DNA from: an uncultured Thermoplasmata archaeon
Lineage (GTDB): Archaea; Thermoplasmatota; Thermoplasmata; Halarchaeoplasmatales; Halarchaeoplasmataceae
NCBI GenBank assembly: GCA_964458595.1
Contig: CAYWJQ010000005.1
Location: 85,298-149,297, forward strand
Direction of reading: 5' to 3'
DNA: 64,000 nt
Part shown: piece by piece, positions 1-8,180 of the stretch
How the letters are laid out: each line of letters opens with the position of its first letter
Numbering within the stretch: position 1 is the first letter of the stretch
Made by a program: the position numbers and the translations under genes
The notes under the pieces: generated by a model
Databases searched by the model: none
What the model was told of the DNA's origin: nothing
What the model saw: the letters and a program-made list of their open reading frames with translations, nothing else

Positions 1-1395
1 ACCGGCGAAGCCATATCTAGAGCGACCGACGGAAGTTTGATTTTGATCGTAGATTCGATCGACCCCCTGAGAAGATCCTATCCCTTTTTAGATGATTCCT
101 ATGAAGATCATATAGGAAAGCCTTTGAGCGAGATACCCTGCATATGCGGGGAACATGACGATTACGCCGAACATTTCATGGAGCCTTTTTTAGAGTCCCT
201 TGAAGAACTAGGTGTAGATCTGGAAGTGAGATACGCCCATAAGATGTACGCCAACGGGGAGTATGAAGAGGCTACGAGAGAAGTGATTAAAGATAAAGAA
301 AAGATCGCTGAGATAATAGAAGAGGAGACCGGTAGAGAATTAGATGATGATTGGTTCCCATACAATCCGATATGCTCTAACTGTGAGAATATAGGGAAAA
401 CCGAGATAGAGAAATTTGAAGATCCATATGTTATTTACGAATGCGAGTGCGGCCATGAAGGCAAGGCCGATATAAGAGAGGACGACGGAAAACTGCCCTG
501 GAGATGTGACTGGCCGGCAAGATGGTGGATACTAGACATAGACTGCGAACCGTTCGGCAAGGATCATTCCGCCTCGGGCGGCTCTTGGGACACGGGGAAG
601 AGGATAATAGAGGAAGTCTTCGATACCGAGGCACCTCACCCGGTCGTCTACGAATGGATACAGCTCAAAGGCGAAGGTCCGATGTCTTCTTCTTCGGGAG
701 TGGCTATAAAGACTGAAGATATGTTAGAGACGGTCTCTCTGGAAGTCTTAAGATACCTGATAATGAAAAGCAAACCCAACACTCATATCGATTTCGATCC
801 GGGTTTGGGTCTGCTCGATCTAGTAGACGAATATGACGAATGCGAGGAAGAGTATTTCGAAGGAGGGAACGAAGACAGAGTTAGGGCCTACGAATTATCC
901 CAGGTGAACGAACCGCCCTCGGAAAAGCCGCAGAGGATACCGTACAGGCATCTGGTAAATCTGGTGCAGATATATGATAGTGAAGAAAAGATATGGTCCG
1001 TCGCCAAAGAGACCGGCTTGATAGAAGAAGATAAAAATAAAGATTATGAAAGATTCGAAGAGAGAGCTGAAAAAGTCAAGTACTGGCTGGAGAACCATGC
1101 TCCGGATATGGTAAAGTTCTCATTGAAAGAAGAACTGCCGGATATCCAACTCGACGAAGAGGAGAAGGAATTCTTGAATTCCTACCTCCAGAATATCGAT
1201 AAAAAAGAATGGAGGTCCGACGCGCTTCACGAGTTAGTTCACGCGGTCGCGGAGGAGATAGATATGTCCAAGGGGAAAGCGTTCCGTTCATTCTATAAGA
1301 TCCTGCTCGGTGACGACCAAGGACCTAGACTGGGTAGATTCCTCAGCCAGCTGGACGAAGATTTCGTAAAAGAGAGGATAAAAGAAGCGGTCTGA
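1..1395 (+). CDS. lysS: Class I lysyl-tRNA synthetase (5'-partial; frame open from base 1)
   Basis: DSxDPLR, GKLPWRCDWPARW, EPFGKDH, KMSKS-like MSSSSG and GPRLG motifs of LysRS1; no stop in frame upstream of the listed TTG. Confidence 0.95.
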   Translation, partial: TGEAISRATDGSLILIVDSIDPLRRSYPFLDDSYEDHIGKPLSEIPCICGEHDDYAEHFMEPFLESLEELGVDLEVRYAHKMYANGEYEEATREVIKDKEKIAEIIEEETGRELDDDWFPYNPICSNCENIGKTEIEKFEDPYVIYECECGHEGKADIREDDGKLPWRCDWPARWWILDIDCEPFGKDHSASGGSWDTGKRIIEEVFDTEAPHPVVYEWIQLKGEGPMSSSSGVAIKTEDMLETVSLEVLRYLIMKSKPNTHIDFDPGLGLLDLVDEYDECEEEYFEGGNEDRVRAYELSQVNEPPSEKPQRIPYRHLVNLVQIYDSEEKIWSVAKETGLIEEDKNKDYERFEERAEKVKYWLENHAPDMVKFSLKEELPDIQLDEEEKEFLNSYLQNIDKKEWRSDALHELVHAVAEEIDMSKGKAFRSFYKILLGDDQGPRLGRFLSQLDEDFVKERIKEAV

Positions 1396-1487
1396 AGTAT
1401 AAAAAATAGTTTTGGTCAAGAGACACTAGAGATCACATTAGAACCCAATTTTTCAATCGGGGACGAGGACTTCTTATCTAGAGAGCC

Positions 1488-1829
1488 TCAGGATTGTAGA
1501 TTTATTATAGCTTCAGCGGGTTCTCCGTCGACTTCTTTGAGAGCTTCCTTAGCTTCTTCCTCTGAAACTCCCGCTCTCTCGGAGACCATCTCGATGTCCT
1601 CGTCAGGTATGAGAACTTCACCCTCTGGAGCCTCTTCTCTCGGCTCTCCGATCACCTGATATATGTGCTGACCTTTCATGTCCATCTCCACTACTTGAGG
1701 AGCATCGAAGACCAGCTTTTTCTCGTCCGTCTCTATTATGACCTTGTTAGCGTCCAGTTCGTTGCTTTCAAGGCCCATCTTCTTCATCATCCGTTTCATC
1801 TGTTTTGAATTTCCACCGCCAGGCATCAT
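1488..1829 (-). CDS. nac: Nascent polypeptide-associated complex (NAC) protein
   Basis: MKRMMKKMG N-terminus, YQVIG, UBA-like C-terminus (EDIEMV...EAKEAL...DGEPAEAII). Confidence 0.92.
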   Translation of the reverse strand: MMPGGGNSKQMKRMMKKMGLESNELDANKVIIETDEKKLVFDAPQVVEMDMKGQHIYQVIGEPREEAPEGEVLIPDEDIEMVSERAGVSEEEAKEALKEVDGEPAEAIINLQS

Positions 1830-1945
1830 GTTTTTCGACCTAATCTAGTACATCATGGTAGTTATAAAATGATTTCGGCCTAGAGAAGGTATCGGATGAC
1901 TCAAAAAAGATATATTTGTAGACTTTATTCTTTAACCGAGAAGAT

Positions 1946-2791
1946 ATGTTAGTAAAAGGACCAGCCTCGCCCTTATTGTGTAACAAGTTAGAGAAAGAAA
2001 CTGACGTTGAGACAGCCGAAGTCGATTCTAAAGTATTTCCGGACGGCGAAATATACGTGAAGATCGATGGAGATGTGGAAGGAAAAGATTGCACCGTAGT
2101 CCAGACCACTTACCCGAATAGGAGTCTTTTAGAACTTTACATGATACAGGACGCCCTGATAGAGAACGGCGCCGATTCGATAAAGGTGGTGGTGCCGTAC
2201 TATTCCTACGCAAGGCAGGACAAGGTCTTCGAGAGGGGCGAAGCGATAAGTGCCAGAGCTGTCGGGAAAAGGATAGAGACCGATGCCGACAAGTTCTACA
2301 GTGTCGATCTTCATTCCGAGGAAATAGTAGACTTTTTCGACATACCTGCTGAAAATATTTCAGCTATGCCCATCTTAGCGGAGCATTCCAAGGACAAAGA
2401 CCCCGATCTGCTGATGTCTCCAGACGAAGGAGGAATAGATAGGATCAAAAAGGCCGCCGATGAGATAGGCGTCGAATGGGATTACCTTGAGAAGGTCAGG
2501 ATCGACGCGAACACCGTCGAGATAAAGCCGAAGAATATAGACGTGAGAGATAAATCGGTCGTGATCCTAGACGATATCATCGCCACTGGAGGTACTATGA
2601 CGGAGGCCGCGAAACAACTGAAAGATGCGGGAGCGCGAGAAGTGCACGCCGGCTGCACGCACGGGCTATTCGTGGAAGATGCTGAGGAAAAGCTGGACGA
2701 AGTCTGCGATTCAGTTTTCTGCACTGATACTATAGAACGGGAGAAGAGTGTAGTATCCTCGGCTCCTCTCATCGAAGATATAATACAGTAA
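1946..2791 (+). CDS. prs: Ribose-phosphate pyrophosphokinase
   Basis: FPDGE, PYYSYARQDK, VDLH, SPDEGG, DDIIATGGT motifs. Confidence 0.95.
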   Translation: MLVKGPASPLLCNKLEKETDVETAEVDSKVFPDGEIYVKIDGDVEGKDCTVVQTTYPNRSLLELYMIQDALIENGADSIKVVVPYYSYARQDKVFERGEAISARAVGKRIETDADKFYSVDLHSEEIVDFFDIPAENISAMPILAEHSKDKDPDLLMSPDEGGIDRIKKAADEIGVEWDYLEKVRIDANTVEIKPKNIDVRDKSVVILDDIIATGGTMTEAAKQLKDAGAREVHAGCTHGLFVEDAEEKLDEVCDSVFCTDTIEREKSVVSSAPLIEDIIQ

Positions 2792-2798
2792 AAATTCT

Positions 2799-3458
2799 TC
2801 AGTCTTCAGAGTAGGGGATATCTAAGAACTCCGCTACCTTTTCTACTCCTTCTCCTTTCTTGGCGTTGGTTTCTATAAGGGTTCCGTGAGGGTTGACTTC
2901 TTCGTAATCGTTCTCTATAACTTCAAGATCGACGTCCATCGGTTCTGCAAGATCTACTTTATTTAGTACGGTAAGATCGGATCTCGAAAAGATAAGAGGG
3001 TGTTTTCTGATCATATCGTCACCTTCGGTCACCGAAACCACAACGACTTCGGCCTCGGTTCCGAGTGGAAAATCTACCGGACAGATCAGGTTGCCGACGT
3101 TCTCTATGAAGAGGTAATCCAGTCCAGCTAAATCTAAGTCCTCGAGGCTGTGAGCCACATAGTGGGCGTCTAGATGACAGTCTTTACCCGTGTTGATCGC
3201 TACGGCGTCCATATCTTTTTCTTTGAAACGCCGATAATCGTCCTCTCCGTTGAGGTCACCAGCTATAGCGCCAACTTCTTCATCTTCAAGCCCTTCTCGA
3301 AGCCTCTCTATCAAGGTGGTCTTTCCGGAGCCTATAGCTCCTAAAATATTGAAGGTCCGCACTCCTTTTTCCTCGAACATCCGGTTGTTCTCCTCGGCGA
3401 TCTCCTGATTTTCTTCTAGAATCTCCTTTTCCATATCCATATGACTGACTTTGTGCAT
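2799..3458 (-). CDS. hypB: Nickel-delivery GTPase HypB
   Basis: GAIGSGKTTL, INTGKDCHLDAH, ENVGNLICP, VTEGDD, KHP, NKVD. Confidence 0.93.
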   Translation of the reverse strand: MHKVSHMDMEKEILEENQEIAEENNRMFEEKGVRTFNILGAIGSGKTTLIERLREGLEDEEVGAIAGDLNGEDDYRRFKEKDMDAVAINTGKDCHLDAHYVAHSLEDLDLAGLDYLFIENVGNLICPVDFPLGTEAEVVVVSVTEGDDMIRKHPLIFSRSDLTVLNKVDLAEPMDVDLEVIENDYEEVNPHGTLIETNAKKGEGVEKVAEFLDIPYSED

Positions 3459-3482
3459 ATTTAAAAATCAGATGTTTCGGTA

Positions 3483-5384
3483 TTATAAATTTTGTTCTCT
3501 TTCGTTAAAGAACTCAGAGGCTGCAAAAGCGGGGTCCTCTACCAGGGTTAGATCGTCCAAATACTTCTTGAAGTGCACCGCTCTTTCATCCAGGATTATC
3601 GAAACACCCATGTCCTCTTGACCCCTCACCAATCTACCTGTAGCCTGAAGTATCTTCCTTACCGCGGGAGCCTTGACCGTGTATTCCCACCCTTTGTTGA
3701 ATTTCATATCGTAATAGTGCTTGAGACCTTTCTGTCTAGCGGTGGGCTTCGGATAAGGTATCCCCATAACCACCGCCACTTCTAGCTGTTCGCCTGGAAA
3801 ATCCATACCTTCGCTTATCCTGCCGCCTATGACAGAGAATAAAGTCCCCCCGCATCGTTTGAAATCGTCGACCAGGCTCATTAGTTCCGGCTGATCCATG
3901 CCCTGTCTTTCCATGAAAACATTCTCCAATTCGCTCCTGATAGGATCGGTTATCTCCTCCATGAGGCTGTAGCTCGGGAAAAATACGACGCTGTTTCGAT
4001 CTATATCTTTCAATATCGTCTTCAATTCTCCCCTTAATTTTTTGATCATCTCTTTTCCTCTCTGAAGTTCCTCGTATCTGGTGGTCAAGTCGTCCACATA
4101 GAACAGGGCTTTGTTCTCTTCCGGGAAAGGGCTCGGATATATCTCTTTATTGGCGTCGTGCGGTAGACCGATCGAATCACTGTACTCGTCTAGTGGTTCT
4201 AGGGTCGCTGATTGATGGATGGACGAATGACAGGAGTTGAGTACAGAAGTCACGTTGCTGGGATCTAGACAGAACGCTTCTAAACTGGGATTCTCTCCTC
4301 CGTTGACCAGCTTGATGTAATCTTCACCCTCTATCGAGAACCAGGACGATAGGAAAGAGGCTAGTGAATTGATATAAGAACGCGGGAGCTTTTTTTCTTC
4401 CCTTCTCTTCTCCTGAACGATCTCTCCCTGAACTTTGAGGTCTTTTATCATGCCTTTCAGCTGATTGGTGTTCATACTCAAAGCATGTAGAAGTTCAGTC
4501 CTCAATTCGCTGGGCGGTATGAGACCATCATCTTCTACGACGAACTCCTCCACGATATCCAAGATTATATTCTCGAATAGTCGGCAGAAGTTGGAGATGG
4601 TCTTATCCGTTTGTAAGGTCGGATCTCCGAATTCATGGCTTTCATCCTCCGCTCTCTCTAGAGTGTTCTTAGTTATCTCGGATGAGGAGAGATCTCGAGC
4701 GTAATCCGGGAGATTGTGAGCTTCGTCCACCACTACGATGAGCTCTGAAAGCTCGACGTTCATCCAATCCTTCAACTGTTTTCGTATGAATGGAACGAAA
4801 AAGTAGATGTACGGAGCCGTTATGATCCTTGAGTCGGGTACCAAAGCCTTGGTCAGTTCATAGTGGCATATCTCCCTTTCTCTGCAGTAATCTAAACTTT
4901 CATCTACCGTAGGGATATTTTTTTCGAACCATCCCTGTATCTCTTCGAGATCGCACTCCATCAGCCCGGCGTAGTAAGGACACGCCGTCGGCTCTCTATC
5001 TTCCTCGATCGCTGTTCGAACTTCTTTCTTACGATCGCTGCAGTATTTAGACAGCTCTTCAGCGCTGCCTTCCTGAAGTTCTTCATCCTCCTCCGCTAGG
5101 AGACACGTGTTATTCCTTCCCTGCAGACCCAAACCGTGGTCCTCTCCGATCTCACGTAGCTCTAAAAGGACCTGCCTCTGCTGGCTATTAGTCCTCGTCA
5201 GATATAGGATCTTCTTGTCGTTCTTTCGGGCATAGTCTAAAGCGGCGGTCAAGGTACATATGGTCTTTCCAGAACCAGTAGCGGCCTGATAGATGAAATG
5301 TTCTCCATTTTCTAGAGAAGATTTGATCTCATGTATTATCTCTTCTTGATTCTCGCGCGGCGCATAGGGAAAGAGCTCGTTCAT
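3483..5384 (-). CDS. xpd: XPD/Rad3/DinG-family ATP-dependent DNA helicase with Fe-S domain
   Basis: ATGSGKT, four Fe-S Cys, DEAHN, SATL, SEGMDF, QATGRLVR. Confidence 0.9.
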   Translation of the reverse strand: MNELFPYAPRENQEEIIHEIKSSLENGEHFIYQAATGSGKTICTLTAALDYARKNDKKILYLTRTNSQQRQVLLELREIGEDHGLGLQGRNNTCLLAEEDEELQEGSAEELSKYCSDRKKEVRTAIEEDREPTACPYYAGLMECDLEEIQGWFEKNIPTVDESLDYCREREICHYELTKALVPDSRIITAPYIYFFVPFIRKQLKDWMNVELSELIVVVDEAHNLPDYARDLSSSEITKNTLERAEDESHEFGDPTLQTDKTISNFCRLFENIILDIVEEFVVEDDGLIPPSELRTELLHALSMNTNQLKGMIKDLKVQGEIVQEKRREEKKLPRSYINSLASFLSSWFSIEGEDYIKLVNGGENPSLEAFCLDPSNVTSVLNSCHSSIHQSATLEPLDEYSDSIGLPHDANKEIYPSPFPEENKALFYVDDLTTRYEELQRGKEMIKKLRGELKTILKDIDRNSVVFFPSYSLMEEITDPIRSELENVFMERQGMDQPELMSLVDDFKRCGGTLFSVIGGRISEGMDFPGEQLEVAVVMGIPYPKPTARQKGLKHYYDMKFNKGWEYTVKAPAVRKILQATGRLVRGQEDMGVSIILDERAVHFKKYLDDLTLVEDPAFAASEFFNEREQNL

Positions 5385-5505
5385 CGGGCTGGCAATGATT
5401 TCATGGTCAAAAAACCTATTGATAGTATCCTAGTGATAGAACAGCCATGGAAGCTAGTGTCTTATAGCGGGCCAAAAAGTTATCAATATCCTGCTGAATA
5501 CTCAG

Positions 5506-5955
5506 ATGATGAGCGAAAATAGTGAGGAAGACGCAGAAGAGTTTTCCGTAAGTTTGGAAAATATTGAAGATTACAAGTTCAGAGTGAATTTCGATAAAGA
5601 AGAGATGGGCGAACTGATAACCGATGAAACGGAAAAAGTCGGAGGTGACGAAGAGGGACCAAATCCGGGCAGATTGCTGGCGGCTTCAACTTTGAATTGT
5701 TTGATGGCTAGTCTAAAATTCTGTCTCGAAAAAAAGAGGGTCGAGTTGGATTCTCTAGAAGGTGAAATCCGGGGTAAAATAGAGAGAGTAGACGGAAGAT
5801 TAAGGATAACAGAATTCAAGGCGGACATCGAACCTGCCATAGAGGAAAGAGACAGAGAGAAAGTGGAAAAATGTAAGGAGATATTCGAGAACTATTGCAT
5901 CGTTACCCAGAGTATTAGAAACGGCATCGATGTCGAAGTGAACGTCGAGGTGTAA
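5506..5955 (+). CDS. OsmC/Ohr-family protein
   Basis: GPNPGRLL, NC and YCIVTQS (two conserved Cys). Confidence 0.85.
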   Translation: MMSENSEEDAEEFSVSLENIEDYKFRVNFDKEEMGELITDETEKVGGDEEGPNPGRLLAASTLNCLMASLKFCLEKKRVELDSLEGEIRGKIERVDGRLRITEFKADIEPAIEERDREKVEKCKEIFENYCIVTQSIRNGIDVEVNVEV

Positions 5956-5957
5956 CT

Positions 5958-6530
5958 ATAGCGAAACAACAGACCCTTTTCGACCGATCTTCTGAAGGAT
6001 TGGAAGAGATATCAGAAGAGGTCAGGAACTGCGTTAGATGTCGACTGCACGAAAACCGGAAACATGCTGTGCCCGGTGAAGGCGATCCCGACGCGGAGAT
6101 AATGCTGATAGGTGAAGGGCCGGGAAAACAAGAGGACGAAGAGGGAAGCCCCTTCGTCGGAAGAGCCGGGAGGTTACTTGAAGATCTGCTGGGAGATATA
6201 GGTCTGAACAGAAAAAAAGTCTTCATCACCAACGTAGTAAAATGTCGACCTCCGGACAATAGAGACCCACGAGGAGATGAGATAGAGACGTGTAATCCTT
6301 ACCTGGAAAGGCAGATAGATATAGTCGAACCTGAAGTGATAGGGAGCCTGGGAAACCATGCGACCGAGACATTGATCGATAAGAAGGGCATGAAAGAACT
6401 CCATGGAAAAGAGTTCGAATACGAAGGGATAAGATTGATACCATTATATCATCCAGCGGCAGGCCTTTACAATCCTAATCTGAAAACCACCATGGAAGAA
6501 GATTTCGAGAGATTGAAAAAGCATCTATAG
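5958..6530 (+). CDS. udg: Family 4 uracil-DNA glycosylase (start uncertain: ATA at 5958 or TTG at 6000)
   Basis: CxxC, GEGPG, PFVGRAG, NVVKCRPP, YHPAA motifs. Confidence 0.92.
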   Translation: MAKQQTLFDRSSEGLEEISEEVRNCVRCRLHENRKHAVPGEGDPDAEIMLIGEGPGKQEDEEGSPFVGRAGRLLEDLLGDIGLNRKKVFITNVVKCRPPDNRDPRGDEIETCNPYLERQIDIVEPEVIGSLGNHATETLIDKKGMKELHGKEFEYEGIRLIPLYHPAAGLYNPNLKTTMEEDFERLKKHL

Positions 6531-6593
6531 ATCCCAGTCACCGGTTGATAAGTAAATTTTATTTACCCCTTATCCATAAGTTGGTACCCCAAT

Positions 6594-6668
6594 GGGCCCA
6601 TGGCTTAGGTTGGTTATAGCGTCCGGCTGATAACCGGGAGGGCGAGAGTTCAAATCTCTCTGGGCCCA
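6594..6668 (+). tRNA. tRNA-Ile(GAU)
   Basis: Acceptor GGGCCCA/TGGGCCC, anticodon arm TCCGG-CT-GAT-AA-CCGGG, T arm GAGAG-TTCAAAT-CTCTC; CCA tail not encoded. Confidence 0.95.
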
Positions 6669-6683
6669 TTTATTTTCATACAT

Positions 6684-6992
6684 TCAATATTCTTCGTCAA
6701 CTTCTCTCTCCCCCTCCAATCTTTTCTCTAACCTATCTATCTCTATCTCCTGCTCCAGCAGGACAGATATGAAGAAAGTCTCTATCTCTTTAGGGCGATT
6801 CTGTTCTTTTCCCGCTCTAACATGAGATCTGGCATATTTTTTTATCTGCTCAAACGCATTTTTCTCTATGCCATTCAAAGCGTCCTCGTAATCGTTCCAA
6901 TCTTCTATCAAATCTTTCAATTCCTCCCTGTAATTTTTGTCCTTTTCGTAAGACAGGTCCAAAACGGAAACATCCTCTTCGGCGGAACTCAT
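6684..6992 (-). CDS. Small conserved archaeal hypothetical protein (W..Y..AL...F....YAR.H..AG...E.FF.S.LLEQ)
   Basis: Intact ORF; a degraded paralogue at 14996-15272 shares the same motif pattern. Confidence 0.75.
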   Translation of the reverse strand: MSSAEEDVSVLDLSYEKDKNYREELKDLIEDWNDYEDALNGIEKNAFEQIKKYARSHVRAGKEQNRPKEIETFFISVLLEQEIEIDRLEKRLEGEREVDEEY

Positions 6993-7262
6993 CGTATCGA
7001 TATGATGAAAGAAAGCTCACAGGATATAAAGGTGAGAAAGAGAGGGAGATCAATGAAAGTGAATGTTTTTTCGCGGTTGATCGAACCCAATATAAGACGT
7101 TACGTCTGACGAAAAATAATGATTATTTGAAAAGTAATATAATTAAAGAGATTATTTTTATAGATGTTGAAATTGTAACAACCAGTAATTTATTTAATAG
7201 AAGAATAAATTTTTCCTTTTTGTTTTTAGGCAGTAAAATCTCTTTGTTCGAGCAGGAAAAAA

Positions 7263-7270
7263 TTTATATA
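7263..7270 (+). promoter_or_regulatory. Candidate TATA box for a leaderless transcript
   Basis: TTTATATA preceded by purine-rich GAAAAAA (BRE-like), about 25 nt upstream of ATG at 7295. Confidence 0.55.
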
Positions 7271-7294
7271 TTTTTAATGACAAATTCATACACT

Positions 7295-7585
7295 ATGTCA
7301 GACAAACCAGATAAAGAAAAGCTGCATAGGTATATCAACCTGATAAGCCAACAAAATTTCGACAAATGGGCCGAAGGTAACCGATCTCTAGCGGATCTCG
7401 TGCGAGAACATCATTTCCTCGCGTCCATGTACAAATCGAAGATAGAGAAAACGATCCACCAGCACAGTCCTCAAGATTTCCTAGAGATATTTAGGGAAGA
7501 AAGACCCGATATAGATTTCGGCAACGAGGAAGAGGTCATAGCCAGGATAGAGGAAGAGATGGAAGAGATAGAACACGCACTTTGA
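7295..7585 (+). CDS. Hypothetical acidic protein (start reassigned from 7127)
   Basis: Genome-typical acidic composition begins at MSDKPD; the upstream part of the ORF is AT-rich and intergenic-looking. Confidence 0.7.
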   Translation: MSDKPDKEKLHRYINLISQQNFDKWAEGNRSLADLVREHHFLASMYKSKIEKTIHQHSPQDFLEIFREERPDIDFGNEEEVIARIEEEMEEIEHAL

Positions 7586-7643
7586 ACATACTACGGAAAG
7601 ATTCATAAAGCCTGGTATGTCTATGCTCTTTCAAGAGAATCAC

Positions 7644-7973
7644 ATGATCGAAGACATAGATTACCTGGTATCAGCCGTTGAATACGATCCGTCAGACGAT
7701 AAGATAAAAAAAGTCCTCACCCATGAAAAGAAAGGCGAGGTCGGGGTAGGATATCCCTTCGAGGAGACCAGAGATCACCTACTGAAGAAGATAAATGAAG
7801 GGAAGACTTACTATACGTTGGTCAAAGAGGAAGAGTCGTCCTTCGAGTACAACCTGGGAGAGGAAATCCAAAAGGTCGAGGTCGATTCCGATACATTCCT
7901 TAGGACCGACGGGGAAAACAAGAAAAAAGATAAGTTAGCCGATCTCCAACCATTAGGTCAGATGGGATACTGA
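7644..7973 (+). CDS. DUF3892-like protein
   Basis: YLVSAV.Y, R...I..G..YYT, FLRTDG...D.L..L pattern; ATG at 7617 also possible. Confidence 0.65.
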   Translation: MIEDIDYLVSAVEYDPSDDKIKKVLTHEKKGEVGVGYPFEETRDHLLKKINEGKTYYTLVKEEESSFEYNLGEEIQKVEVDSDTFLRTDGENKKKDKLADLQPLGQMGY

Positions 7974-8180
7974 GCGATTTAAATATTTCGATTACGCCAA
8001 CAACCTTTCATATTCTCTATTTTTTTCTTCATAATTTTTGCCTTGTGAGCACAGCTTTTAAGAAAAATATCACACTTTCTCGGGCACACTCGATCCAAAC
8101 TTATGGTAATCATCCAAAACTTTATTAAGTTTCTTATTCGTACTGAAGGATTCAAAAAAGGTATTTCAGGCAAGATTAAA

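Noticed and set aside
6541..6566. CCGGTTGATAA resembling the tRNA-Ile anticodon arm, plus a GTAAAT-TTT-ATTTAC hairpin
   Set aside because: Too short to distinguish from chance; lies in the probable promoter region
7127..7294. N-terminal extensions given by the ORF track (also 8103, 35238, 48891, 49443)
   Set aside because: They run through AT-rich promoter-like DNA; recognisable protein sequence begins at downstream starts
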